The notes under the pieces: model-generated | Seen by the model: only the letters and a program-made list of their open reading frames with translations | The model's database searches: none | Told to the model about the DNA's origin: nothing | Part shown: positions 12,642 through 25,285 of the stretch, one piece after another | Layout: every line of letters begins with the position of its first letter | How positions within the stretch are numbered: the stretch's first letter is position 1 | Source: Zygnema circumcarinatum SAG 698-1b | Lineage: Eukaryota > Plantae > Zygnematophyceae | Reading direction: 5' to 3' | DNA: 64,000 bases | NCBI GenBank assembly: GCA_037447605.1 | Contig: CM074821.1 | Span: 1,612,001 to 1,676,000 of the forward strand | Program-made: the position numbers and the translations under genes

Positions 12642-13929
12642 TTTCAAGGAGAACTATATACCGCCCCCTTTTTGGGTTATCCCGCCCCTGTTTTTTTGAA
12701 ATCCCACTCTTCCATTTTGGCTATTCCGCCCCCCTCCCATTTTGGCTATCCCCCCCGCATTTTGGATATTTCGGGAGGAGATTCTGCTCATTCTCTCTCG
12801 CTCCTTTGCTCTCCTCTGCTCTCACCTCTAGTCTCTCTCTCCTCTGCTCTACAAGAGAGAGAGAGAGAAAGGGGGAGAGAGAGAGTGAGAAAGAGAGCAA
12901 GAGAGTGAGAGAGAGTTGACACTCTCTCACTCTCTCTCTCTCCCTCTCTTCTCTGTTCTGCTCTCTCTTGGCGACTGTCTTTACGGACGTTGCGCTGATG
13001 TGTGAGAAGGAGAAAACAAGGGGGGAATGTCCAAAGTAGGGGCGGGATATCCCAAAACGGGAGGGGGCGGAATAGCCAAAATGGGAGAGTGGGATTTCAA
13101 AAAAACAAGGGCGGGATAACCAAAAGGGGGGGGGGTATATAGTTTCCCCATGATTATTTTTATTCTTAGAAACAAAATCAATGGTACCAGCCACGTGGTC
13201 ACTCTGGATCCATCATGCGCACGTGGAGATTTTCCATTGGCTAATGTTGAAACAAAATTTTAAGCGACTGCGGCCGTACGGACAACGTGGGATGTCGGAA
13301 ACAGAACAGTTCTGGTCGGCGCTGTCTGATTGGTCTCTGATCCGTCCGTCTCGCACGTGCGAGTGCGCGCGTCCCTCTGCCCGAGATCTCCGCAAAACCA
13401 TGAGCTGGACCGGCCAGCCTGCGGAAAACTGGCAACCGAACACCATCTGCCACGTGGTTCCCTGACTGACGTCGCAACTTGTGATTCGTCCAGGCCCTAA
13501 ATGTACGGTATTTCGCCTTTCCTCGAAGCTCCTTTACAGTACTTCGTACAAACCGGATCCGGTTACAGTACAGTTGTACTGTACAGTACAGTACAGTGGG
13601 GGGTCCTCGTATTTACCACCCCAAGGAGTGCGTTGTAGCGTAACGGAGCTGCGTTCGGCGGATCCGCGTCCGTTCAGTTGTACTTGACGTATGCCTCTTC
13701 CGTGTCACGGATCAACGGAATCCAGGAGCTGCCAACGGAGATTGAGAGAAGGCGGCGCCATGCGTTGGCGGCCCACGGAACAGCACACCATCCAGCAAGG
13801 CGCACTCGGGAACACCGCCTGAGGCCGCCGATTATCATTCGTTGACCTATCCGAAGGCTCCACGTAGTCAGTCAGGCCTCTCAGTGGGCAGTTGGCCAAT
13901 CAGAGACTGTCGCTGCTAAGACTCGAGAT
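12642..13929 (+). repeat. Apparently identical copy of 11311-12598 across a 10-N gap (offset 1331); probable assembly overlap
   Basis: All ORF translations in the two copies are identical. The copies abut the gap at 12632-12641. Confidence 0.9.
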
Positions 13930-15369
13930 TCATCACGTTAAGTAGATGGGATGTCAAAGTGATGCTTTTTGCCTTAGTGCTGGGCTTATATTTGTATTTG
14001 CTGTGTGGTTTGTTGTTGTCTTGTTCTTCTTTTCTTCTTTTCCTTCCTCTTCAGTTACGAAATGCATGCTAAGCAAGAGAGAGAGAGAGAGAGAGAGTTC
14101 CATGCCATAGATAGAGAGAGAGAGAGAGAGAGAAAGAGTCTTCTTTGCCGACAGCATTTAGACGTCCCATTCAGCCCAGTTAGACAAAGATTTCATTGAG
14201 AAGACAATTTCATTGTAATGACATTCCCCAGCCAACTGCTGGCTGGGGTGAGTTTCCAAAATACCACCTTTATCTAAGTTGTGTCCTGCCTCTCTCACTG
14301 CCACTATGCCAAGCTCCCCATCTTGCTCTATATCCTCGCCTTGCATTGCTCTCAATGACCAATGATCACTAGAAGCTCAACAGAGACTACTAGCCGAGAG
14401 AGGACAGGGGAGGAGTGGTCCCCAAGGAAGGGCTCTTGGCGCATCGGGTCCAAATTCTCCGCCGCGGAACGCCTTCGTAATCCCTACGCCTCACGGGCCA
14501 CAAGTACTCCTCCTCAATCCCCCTGATCCTGGCTCTAAGGCCGCAGTGCAGACCCACGTACACTACCCCAACCCTATCGCCGCAAGACGACACGCCGAGG
14601 TCAGACAGCCATCTCGCAGCTTCTAGCTCGCCAGCTTTGTTTAACTCCCACTTATCTTGTATCGTGAAATAAGGTTTGGCATCCACGCATTCGACACGTG
14701 AGGCTGCCGACCCCGGTGGACCCGCGGTCACAGCCTCGGCCATGGATGAAGAGTCAGCAGTTAGTGCATGCTGCATCTTCATGAGTATATTCGTGAGGAA
14801 GACGGCACCTCAAGACTAAGAAGAACAGCGCATCGGAAATCCAAGGACGGATCGTACTCGAGAAGCAGTCGGAGAGAGATCAAGATGGGCATCACCCTGG
14901 CTATAACCCTATCCCAGCCTCCCGCTTACCTTGAGCAGAGATCGTAGTCGCATTGAAGAGCCGCAACGCACTGGGCTCTCGCAAAGTGATGGGCTACAAA
15001 CTGGCCGCAATACGCGACGCCGGATGACAAGCTGCAGCCCAGTCATTGCCACGGGCCGCATGCCGCGGAAGAGAGGGAGCTGCTCAACCTCGGTGTGTGG
15101 TCCCCTACCGCGTCTCACGTATATCGTAACCCACCTGGATCTCGCCGATAACCACGCACTGAGTCCTTCAAGCACCGCTAGCCGCACGCGCCCCACAGCA
15201 GCAAGGGAATCATCAGAAGACACCCTCACCTCCGGCTTTCACGACTTACCCATCCGGCAGCCCCAGGCGAGCGGCTTCAGGGGCAAGGGCAGGACGATCG
15301 CATGGACCCTCCAGCTTTCGAACCAACCTGCAGAGAAGCACACGAGTCAGATCTGAGTTCCCCAGCAAG

Positions 15370-16250
15370 ATGGAAGAGATGATGACAAAACTGATAGCCT
15401 TGATTCCTGAAAAGAGTGAGGTGAGGGATACCACGGGCATCATCACTAGAGGCTTCACCGGCAAGCAGGAAGATGCAGAGTCTTGGCTGAGACACCTTGA
15501 GGAGAAGGCAGCGCAAGCAGACCTGAAGGAGGACCAGTGGATCAAGCTTGCCCTTGGAGCGCTGGAAGGCGAGGCAGTCAACTGGAAGCTGTCCCGAAAC
15601 TGGCACAAAGCAGATGTCGTCGCCACCCCATTAAGGGGACACATTCAGCAAGCTTTCGCATACATTTCGTGATCCTATCATCGGGAGCAGACCTATCTCG
15701 CTACATAGAATGCCACAAAGGATGAGCGTAGTCGTTGAATTCACCGAGCTTTTGTGCTTAATGGGCAAATACTTGCTCGGCAACTTGCCTGGACTTTCTC
15801 CGGCGCTCCGTTCCAAGGCCATCACAGAAGGATCTCCACCTTGATCGTGAGCTGCAGACACAACCTACCGCCATGCCCGTGCATTGTTAGACAGGCGCAG
15901 CTTTCTAATTCGTATGATCAAGAGAGGCAACCCACATGTAAGACCAAATTACTTGAACGCTACAGATCCACGACAAGATCGACTCTACCAGCAGTTCCTG
16001 AAGACACAGAATCAACAGCTGTTCGATCCCTACGCTACATCTGCTCGGAACAAGCCTTCCTTCTCCGGCGCCACTGCTCAGGACGGCCGGACAGCCCCTG
16101 TGGTGCAGCCTCTGGCCATAGCCAGCACAACCAAGCCCCTTCCCCTTTCCCCATACCCTCATGATCCGCGTGATCCCATTGAGCCGGGCGTGTACCACAT
16201 ACCGTATGCTTCGCCCAGGATATCGGCCTCTATTCATCGCGACACCAAGA
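15370..16250 (+). pseudogene. Retrotransposon Gag remnant with frameshifts and stops
   Basis: FTGKQEDAESWLRHLEEKAAQADLKEDQWIKLALGALEGEAVNW resembles the Ty3/gypsy capsid region; it continues in other frames (ALLDRRSFLIRMIKRG). Confidence 0.7.
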
Positions 16251-16922
16251 GAGTAGGCCGCTGCGGCCGACCGCGCTTCGGGCCGATGACAGAGGCGTGG
16301 GGTTCTCGGAGGGCGCCTGCCTTGCTCAAGGGCTCCCGAATCATAACTGCTGCCAAGGCGGCGACCATGGACTGCGACCTTCGCCGACACGCGACATGAT
16401 GCCCGTAGGTGTACGCGGAGACTCTCATGAGAAGGCCGTCCGAAGGGGAAAGAGGCGTCAAGGGAGCCCCACCTCGCAGAGATCACCTTCATGGATATGC
16501 TCCCGGCTGCTCCCACACCACCGAGAGCTCCGGCTCCCTTTCGCCCGCCTCCACCTCCTTCACCCGCTTACACCATCCTGCAACGACCACCTATCCATCT
16601 CGCACCTATGGACTCCCTCCCTCACAAACGCATTGCGCCGAAATTCGATCCCCGCTGCTGACACGCGACTGCCGAGGTTGCCGCAGATTTCAACCGCCTT
16701 GTCCGGTCCCCCATCACTTCCGCTGGCGACGCCAAGTCTCGATCGGGCCGAGATCGCGAATCGCCTTCGCGAAGCTCCCCGCCAACCTAAGCGTATCCTC
16801 ATTCTCATCCCCTGCCATTCCTCCCTGCCAATGTCAACGGCGCCAGTTCCTCGGGCACGGCTCCACCGGTCGCCACCCCTGTCCGAAGAACTTCAGTCAT
16901 CCCTCCCTCCACGGGTCATCCC

Positions 16923-17760
16923 TTGGGATCCCTGCCTGAGGAGGAAATTGAAGATCTCAATGAAGAGGAGCCGACAGCGGCGCAGCCAGAGCCGACGGCA
17001 CCGGCGACCGAAGAGATGCACGTCAATCCACCCCATCGCCCTCGGGCAGCTCGTTTCTACCCCCAAGCAGCCGATCGTCGACCACCCCCCCCGACAGACG
17101 GCCTATCCCTGATTGAACGCATGGTTCATCAACTCATGGGAGACAAGGCTAAGATCGGCATTACCTTGTCACAGTTGATGCAGCTTGTACCAGGTGCTGC
17201 CGCCGTAGTTCGAAAGCTAGCCGACAGTGCAGAGGCCACCCTGCGGCCTCCCACGGTTCCTATGGCATCTCCTCCGGACGTCCCCTCGCCAGCCGATATC
17301 CACCACATGGCGACGGCGCCTCCTCCGGACCCAGTTCGCTCTCCCCGCCATCCTCCTCGCCAGATTCAGATCCTCCCTCTGATCCCCACACCCAACGTGC
17401 GAATCATTGTCAATGTATGGCTCAACGGTCATCCCAGCAAAGCCATGATCGACACAGGAGCCATGCGCACAGTTCTGTCCAAGCCTGTGATGAAGGCTGC
17501 AGGGGTTAAGTTGGACAAGACACTTGAGCCCATTCCCGATATGTGGGGTTGAAGGGAGTTATGAAGGATTGGCAGCGCTCAAGTGGTCACTGTCTTGGCG
17601 TAGATGGAGCCACGGTGAATGCGTCATCACGTCACAACACTATTCCTATTCCGCTGGCTCATTGGCCTATCGCATGGGAGCACAAATCGACTTTGCTACA
17701 TGTCAACTGCACCTATCTGCTGGCGGGACAGACTGCTCCTTCCCCATCATCCTCGAGTCC
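16923..17760 (+). pseudogene. Retropepsin-type aspartic protease, frameshifted near 17530-17550
   Basis: VNVWLNGHPSKAMIDTGAMRTVLS (DTG at 17451). Next frame gives RMGAQIDFATCQLHL, typical of the protease C-terminal part. Confidence 0.8.
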
Positions 17761-19377
17761 CTTACCACCTCCGCCTTCCCCAAGCGCCACGCCACGGCGC
17801 AGGTCTCCTACCCGGAGATCACCATGTACCATTCGGTCGGCAGCCCCCATTCTTCTTATGGATCGGCCAATTCTGATACCGATGACGAGACTCCCCCTCC
17901 TGCTCCTCCGAGTCCAGCTCTCGGNNNNNNNNNNCGTGTACCTCTGAATCCCCCGGATCCTGGCTCTATGCTGCAGGCAGACCCACAGCACCACCCCAAC
18001 CCTACGTCAGTTTCGGCACGGACACGCGAGTGGCCGTACAGCACCTGCAGCTAGCTCAGCAGTCTTTGTTTAACCCCACTTATCTTTGTGCTACAGCGTC
18101 CTCAATATTTTCGCCCCAATTTTGCCGAAACCACTTTTTTGTACGGTAACTTGTGTTAGCCGTGCTGTTCGTACTGTTCGTACTGTCCGTACTATCTGTA
18201 CTAGCCGTTACGGGCTTACGCAAAACGCACCTAATCTCCCCGCTCGTGCCGCCGTAAGAGGCGCTCGCTCTTCTCCCCGTCTTCTTGACTTCGACACGAT
18301 AATATACGATACGATACGGTCAATACGATACGAAACTCCCCGATGGTTGGATGACGACAGTATGTACGACAGTATATGCGTCACGATATGTCACGATACG
18401 ATACGATGCTTGTAACGCAAAATCTAAGTCTGCTGGATTCATACCATAATTAGTTCTATGTGCATCTTCATTATAAGTATAAATGATACAGTACGATACG
18501 GTACGATATGGTACGGTACGATACGTACGGTTCAGCATGAACTCTAACATAATACCGCCCGTCTATTCGTAACACGAACCTTATATATGCAAATTTAATA
18601 TTTTCGCCTCATTTTGCCCGGAACCAGGGTGGAAAATATGAGGACCCCCTACTGTACCAATGTCCGTACGGACGCGTCCAGGCACCGCCGCGAAACAGGG
18701 AGCCGGGATATCCAGAAAGGGGGGCGGATTATCATTTGCCAATAATTACATTTTGGGTTTATTTACAATTTTGTACGCCTTTTCTGGCTAGATTCGCACG
18801 TTTTTTCGCCGGTCAGATTTTATTTCCCAGCATGGACTGCACTCCGCTGCATTATTAGGTTTAGAGTTTTGAGGGTTTCGAGATTTTTTTTTTATTTGCC
18901 TTTTTTTGGTATATTACCAAATGACAAAAGAAAAGGTGAGTTGATTGAAAGGATAGTCACTGAATTTACAGCACACTCCCTCTCAGATTTTTCCTATAAA
19001 TCAACTCCTCACTTCCCCCAGCAAAATACTTAAGGTGATCCCCTCACATTAAGTCAATCAAGTCACTCTTTTTTTTTTTTTTTTTTTTTTNNNNNNNNNN
19101 GGGGGGTGAGGAAGGGGAGGGAGAGGAGGGAGGTAGGGGGGAGAGGAGGGAGGGAGGGGAGGGAGGGGGAAGGGGGGTGAGGGAGGGGAGGGGGTAAGGG
19201 AGGGTGAGGGAGTGGGGCGAAGGGAGGGGAGGGGGTTGAGGGAGTGGGGGGAGGAAGGGGAGGAAGGGAGGGAGGGACGGGGGGAGTGGGATGAGGGAGG
19301 GGAGGGAGAGGAGGGAGGGAGGAAAGGAGAGGGAGAGGTACGTTTACTCTTCGACATGTTGACTTTAGAGCGGGGAA

Positions 19378-21764
19378 CTAATTGGAAGTCGGGACACCAT
19401 TCTTCGGAGCATCGGTCAAGTCATTGAACGTTTCGATCCGCACTTTGGTGAACTCCATAATGGTATAGTCAACGATTCCCTGCCAGCATAAATAGAATAT
19501 ATGCATTGTGAATATAAACTGAGGGCGCTTCACGATGTCCGGACCCTAAAACTCCTTCAAACTCTCCCTCTCTCACCCCCTCTCTCTCCCCCTCTCTCTC
19601 TCACTCTCTCTCCCTCTGTTTGTGAGAGAGACCTGTTTGAAGGTTCTTACCGCCATCATTCCATCAAATTTCGGCTCCTTCTCCTCGCCAACAATGGCCT
19701 TTGCTTCCTTCCACCACTCGCTCCCCTCTTCCCACAAGTATCTGAAATCGCTCAATTGTCTGACCCGATAATGAGCGGAAAGTGGAGCAAAAAATCCGGG
19801 CTGCTTCTCGTTTGTGGCGATGTAAATGGTTCTGCCGGTAGAGATATTTCTCTTCTGCAAAACTTCTAACAAACTGCGCACCATAGAGATGGAGCGACAG
19901 ATCAGTTACTACTACATAACTAAGGATTTGAGTTATTCAAAATCGTGAACTGTGTAATGAATTCATGTTAACAATTTGAGGTTTTTTATGTTAGTTTTGA
20001 AGTGGAACTGAGGAGAAGTCTTAGCACTCACTGAGGTGGACTCGTATCTTCATCAAGATGGGGCCACATATCTGGGTGCTTTACTTTATCCCCTCTCCGA
20101 ACATGTAGGGCCACAAAGTAATATTTCATATCGTCAAGAATTGTATATGCGATCTTTAGAAGGGATGGCGAAAAAAGGAAAGCTCCATACGGACGTTCAA
20201 TTGTCTGCAAAGGAAAGAAAAGCATGAATTGAAAATAGCCTTGAGTGCTTGCACATGAGATAGTTGATTTCATCAACCTGTCCCTTCAGTAGCATGTCTA
20301 CATTGTGAAACATTGTACCATGCACCTTGCACACGTGAACACACAATGCACAACCTTTAGGTGCCGATGTGTCTTTCCTGACCCCTCTCCTTCCCCCATC
20401 TCCATGTGTGACCCTCATTCCTGCCTTTTTCTCTCTCTCTCCTTCTCTACCTTTCACCACTCACTTCTCTTCCCTTTCTCTCACTTCCTCGTATTCACAC
20501 TCCCTCCCTCCCTCCCTCCTCTGTCCCTTTCTAGACGCTCGTATATTTTAAGAATACTCCAAAAACGGTATAACGGGCTAGTGTTACGAAACTCAAAAAC
20601 ATTCAAACAAAAGTGAGAGTGACTTTGTAGAAAAGGCTGCGACTTTGAAGCACACCTTTCTGCCTCACCGGGTTCTGCATGCAGACGTGAAATCCGTAGT
20701 CACTCTCTCCATAGGAGCGGTAGACAATGGTGGCATTGCTTTTCTGAATCTCTTCAAAAGGCGGCCCATTTGTGATCGGAGCTTCCAAAACAGAGAAGTT
20801 ATTTTCCGGCCGAAGGGCCGCCCATTTCGCCCATCCGTCTAGGAACACTTTCATGTCAATTATTGGGAGGGTTCTGCATAGAACGTGTGCCAAACAGTTC
20901 CGCCAAACCTCGACTAAGAAAGGGGAAGGGCACATGTGTGGAAGAGTTGCAGCTCAAGCAGCCGCTGACTCACAGTCATACTCATCTTCATCTCTCTTAT
21001 CCCACTCCCCTCCCCCCACCTAATTTTCCCTTCCATTTTAGTTTATACATCACCTGAGTTGCCTCAGTACATGCCCATAATCCCCACTCCAACTTCAATT
21101 CTGGAAGAACCTGATCCATTTTGCCCCATTGCCAACCCACCATCCTGTTCTGGCAGGCAGCTTAGCTGTTTTCAATGTTAGAAAAAGCAACCCACTTGCG
21201 CGTTCTCTCCAAGTCGAAGTAGAGCGCGAAGGGAGTGATGGAATCATTGCCGTCGTTGTGCACGAACACGACGCCCACCTCGAGGTCGAGCACGAAGATT
21301 CGCCGAAGCAGCAGGGCCTCCCCCGCCATGCACGTGTAGCTCCACCGCCGGTGACTCACTCCCGCGAAAAAATCACGCGAATTTCTCTCATAGAACAAGT
21401 ACTTCTGATCCGGATCGAAGAAATCCTCCCCACGGCCAGTCCGCCATGGAGGGTTCGGTCCGGACGGAGGGGGAGAGAGAGGAGGGAGCGGAGGGGGAGC
21501 AGTGGTAGACGGAGTGATATCTCCGGGGATCCCTGTAGTGACAGACGGAGTGTTGGGGGCGGGGGGAGGCGGAGAGGGAGAGATGGAAGTTGAAGCAAGC
21601 GGCTCGAAGGGTTCAGACAGGCCTGCTCCGCTGACAGCTGGAGGAGAGGGCTGCAGCAACCTTTGGTTCGGTTCCATCATGCGACAAAAGCACAGTCCGA
21701 TGGTGAAACCGACCGCGACGGCCATCGAAACAAAGAGACATTGTGATCCCCTGCCGGAAGACAT
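19378..21764 (-). CDS. SUB1-like/GT68-like protein, paralog B, 423 aa (exons 21764-21196, 20873-20669, 20204-20032, 19873-19651, 19479-19378)
   Basis: Exons 569/205/173/223/102 in frame. N-terminal TM (CLFVSMAVAVGFTIGLCFC), Pro-rich stem, ALHVRRGDK, IYIATNE, IETFNDLTD. Confidence 0.88.
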
Positions 21765-21829
21765 GGGGTTCTTGAGGATGGGGCGGAGACCGACACCAGC
21801 CAAGTACAGCACCTGTTCGGTACTCCCCC

Positions 21830-22140
21830 ACTCCCTCCCCCACTCCCTCTCCCTCTCCCTCGCCCTCGCCCTCGCCCTCGCCCTCGCCCTCGCCCTCGCC
21901 CTCTCCCTCTCCCTCTCCCTCTCCCTCTCCCTCTCCCTCTCCCTCTCCCTCTCCTCTCCCTCTCCCTCTCCCTCTCCCTCTCCTCTCCCTCTCCCTCTCC
22001 TCTCCCTCTCCCTCCCTCTCCCTCTCCCCCTCCCTCTCCCCCTCTCCCTCTCCCCCTCTCCCTCTCCCCCTCTCCCTCTCCCTCTCCCTCTCCCTCTTCC
22101 TCTCCCTCTTCCTCTCCCTCTTCCTCTCCCTCTCCCCTCC
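21830..22140. repeat. (CCCTCT)n/(CCCTCG)n tract just upstream of the paralog B start
   Basis: Direct reading. Confidence 0.95.
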
Positions 22141-22428
22141 CTTCCCGAACCGTCCCCGAGTGCACTGTTCGCCGCTCGATCTGGTCTCCGATAGTGCCGT
22201 ACCAGTCCCCTCCGCGCTTCGACCGTAGACAGCACACGCCGCACGCGCGGATCCGCGACTTGGTCCACGTGGCAGGCTCCGACTGGCGCAGGGCCTCCGC
22301 TTGGACCGGAGGCGCGCCGCCCGTCGGGATGTGCTAAGATTTGTCGTATTTTGTGAAAGACCATTTGTCGTCTTCTTGTTGGGGTTTCATGTAGCCAATT
22401 CGAACCGCGCAACGCTCTTTATTCATTA

Positions 22429-22585
22429 GGGGGTGTCAGACTTAAAAAATTTCAGTACGCGTGTTCGTAAGTTTGACATTAGAACGAGTACTCCAGTATA
22501 ATCGCGATCCTTCTGCGGCGGAGTACTTTCGTAACCTTTTTTTTCGTAACGCTTTTCGTAAGATTTTGTTAAGTCTGACACCCCT
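22429..22585. mobile_element. ~157-bp MITE, TIR GGGGGTGTCAGACTTAA, TA TSD; second copy 43768-43924
   Basis: Two near-identical copies, each flanked by TA on both sides. Confidence 0.85.
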
Positions 22586-23338
22586 TATTGTTTTAAAATC
22601 TGCCACGCGAGTGTCATGTCATCCATGTTATCCCATCGTGGTACGTGGCGTCTTCAATTGGCAAACAACGGCCTCCACGTCACGGCGGAAGTTCCGAGCA
22701 TGCGGGCGTTTGACCACGTGGCTTTCCGGGATTGGATGAACTCCGACAATCGACGTCCTGTTGTTGGGATTACATCGGCCACATCGGCGCCACGTCGGCA
22801 AATTGCTCCATGGAACCTGGACCACCGTCTCGCATGATGACAAAACTGTCCATGGAGCCGCAGCTCGAGGGTCCGTCCCATTGGCGGCCCGTTTTTCCTC
22901 GTGGTTCCCCCTCCACACTCGGGCTGGCGGGCATGTGAGACCTTTTTATATGGTTAGTGCTAAATTCACACCTTTTTTGTCTAGACCCAGACCTTTGTTC
23001 GCCGGGCAGATTCTATTTTAGAAAAGAAAGGATTAAAAACGCAAAATGCTTTTTTCACACCTTTCTGGAATCGATACGCACCTTTTTCCATCGGGCAGGT
23101 TTTACCCCTGATTTTTTTTTTTTGAGAGAGAAAGATATCGGCCTGCCCGAATCCGCTCAGAGCGGAAGATCCGTCCGGCACGAGATCGTTCGCGGGTGTG
23201 CGTCCTTCACACTTGCGGTGAATCTCCGCCGTCGACTCTCTCGCTTATCGCACCGCGGCAGATCACTGTTGGATCTGGAGTCAGGGCTCGGTCTCAGCGA
23301 ATGGCAGATTCCCACGTGTCCCGCCACGGTAATGGGAC

Positions 23339-23709
23339 TAGGGATGGCCCGCGTTATAAATTCCGAATATATTATATAATTTACAACGGGTTTAAAATTA
23401 GTAATATATTACAAAGTAAAACACTTTATTACATATATTATACCCACTCGTTTTAAACAATTAACGACCGTACGGTCGTACGGTCGTACCATACCAAAAT
23501 TAGGTCGTTTTGGCGTTGGCGTTGCGAAATGCGTTCGTCTGGTTTTCTCTGCCTGCTCGTGCTCGGGCCGCATAATACCGTACAGTCGTACGGCCGTACG
23601 ACCGTACATGTTGTAAAGGCGTTGTAAATTAATATATATCAGCCGTTATCTATTCGTCACAGTTGTATAATATAATATATAATATATAATCGTAACTAAT
23701 CCATCCCTA
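23339..23709 (+). mobile_element. hAT-family MITE, 371 bp
   Basis: TIR TAGGGATGG...CCATCCCTA (Ac/Ds-like) with perfect 8-bp TSD AATGGGAC (23331-23338 and 23710-23717). Confidence 0.92.
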
Positions 23710-23818
23710 AATGGGACGGACCGTCCCGGTATGACGGTCAGACGGTAAAGGTCGCGGACGGCACGCGGCGGCGCCTGGACTCGTCCGTACAAATATTGGT
23801 AGCCGAATCTGGTTTGTA

Positions 23819-24814
23819 CAAAACTTTCACAGTTCGGACCAGTGGATCGGCAACCATTGGACAACCATTGGATGGCAATGGTTGGACGTCTACTGGTCGG
23901 CAACCAGTCGACTGGTTTGGAACCAGTGGATGCCACCGGTTGGCAACCAGTCGACTGGTTCGGAACCAGTGGATGCCACTGGTTGGCAACCAGTCGAATG
24001 GTTGTTTCGATCCGGCGGCACTGGTTGGCAACCAGTCGACTGGTTGTGAACCAGTGGCATCCACTGGTTGGCAACCAGTCGAATGGTTGTTTCGATCCGG
24101 CAGCACTGGTTGGCAACCAGTCTAATGGTTATATCCATTAAATCAAATGGTTGGCAACCATTAAATTGTCGGTGTACGGATCCCCGTATTGTCGATATAC
24201 TGTAAATATTTTCCGTACGATTTTCCGGCATGCCGGAAAAATTGCCGGAAAATCGTACGGAAAATATTTACAGTATATCGACAATACGGGGATCCGTACA
24301 CCGACAATTTAATGGTTGCCAACCATTTGATCACTGGTTCCGAACCAGTCGAATGGTTGTTTCAGTCCTGCGCCACTGGTTCGCAACCAGTCGACTGGTT
24401 TCCAACCAGTGGATGCCACTGGTTGGCAACCAGTCGACTGGTTTGGAACCAGTGGATGCCACTGGTTGGCAACCATTCGACTGGTTGCGAACCAGTGGCA
24501 TCCACTGGTTGGCAACCAGTCGAATGGTTGTTTCGGTCCGCAACCACTGGTTGGCAACCAGTCGACTGGTTTGGAACCAGTGGATGCCACTTGTTGGCAA
24601 CCAGTCGAATGGTTGTTTCGATCCGCAACCACTGGTTGGCAACCAGTCGAATGGTTTGGAACCAGTGGATGCCACTGGTTGGCAACCAGTCGACTGGTTG
24701 CGAACCAGTGGCATCCACTGGTTGGCAACCAGTCGAATGGTTGTTTCGGTCCGCAACCACTGGTTGCCAACCAGTCGACTGGTTTGTCTAATGGTCCGAT
24801 CTGTGAAAACTTTG
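23819..24814. mobile_element. Foldback-type element: ~22-bp outer TIR flanked by TA, two arrays of palindromic ~21-bp units, central perfect hairpin
   Basis: 23815-23840 vs 24793-24818 inverted (3 mismatches in 26). Perfect 89-bp arms 24142-24230 and 24243-24331. Confidence 0.8.
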
Positions 24815-25285
24815 TACAGTTGCAGCTTCCAGGAAAGGCGGAACACTTTAAAACATTGAGAACCTTAACTAATCACAATGTGCCATGTCATACATCAAAC
24901 ACGTGGCGGATGTTGATTGGCTTCCATTTTTTTGCAGGCTGGGCCGTCCAGCTCATAGTTTTACGGAGATCTCGGGCGGAGGGACGCGCGCACTTGCAGC
25001 CGCGAGCCGGACGGATCTTTCGCTCCGAGCGGATTCGGGCAGGCCCTAACATATTTTTGTATCTCAAAAGAAACTCAGAAGAAAGGGATATCCAGAAAGG
25101 GCGGGGGGGGGGGTATGTCATTCTCTATACGAAAAGTCACTTTTTTCGTGTACGAATTTCGGGTCGGGATCCGCGGCTCCGCCGAACCCAGCCGCACCGA
25201 AATGCGTACAGTACCTAGCCAATGCGAAATACGCCCGGCATTCGTACGAAATTGATTTGGCCATGTGTTAAGTCTGAACTAGGTA

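Larger units (their letters stand above)
13634..18095 (+). mobile_element. Ty3/gypsy-like LTR retroelement with degenerate gag and aspartic protease; no RT/RNaseH/integrase visible
   Basis: Termini TGTAGC...GCTACA with 4-bp TSD GCGT (13630-13633 and 18096-18099). Both ends match the solo LTR at 44197-44758. Internal gap at 17925-17934. Confidence 0.8.
13594..18654 (+). mobile_element. Tc1/mariner-type MITE (~0.6 kb; TA|CAGT(A/G)GGGGGTCCTC...GAGGACCCCCTACTG|TA) split by the LTR element; 3' half also at ~46343-46727, reverse fragment ~37280-37550
   Basis: CAGT termini with TA on both sides. 18170-18654 aligns with 46343-46727. Confidence 0.75.

Noticed and set aside
14667-14690. Primer-binding site TGGCATCCACGCA after the 5' LTR
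   Set aside because: It starts with TGG, but I cannot match it to a specific tRNA 3' end without a search.
16340-16400. Gag zinc knuckle
   Set aside because: Cys/His residues are present (NCCQGGDH) but not in CX2CX4HX4C spacing in any frame I could read.
21765-22412. N-terminal extension of paralog B in the 416-aa ORF
   Set aside because: It runs through a (CCCTCT)n tract; alignment with C and D supports ATG 21764.
23840-24790. CRISPR-like repeat-spacer array
   Set aside because: The intervening segments come from a small recurring vocabulary and are themselves palindromic repeats; no unique spacers, no cas genes, eukaryotic context.
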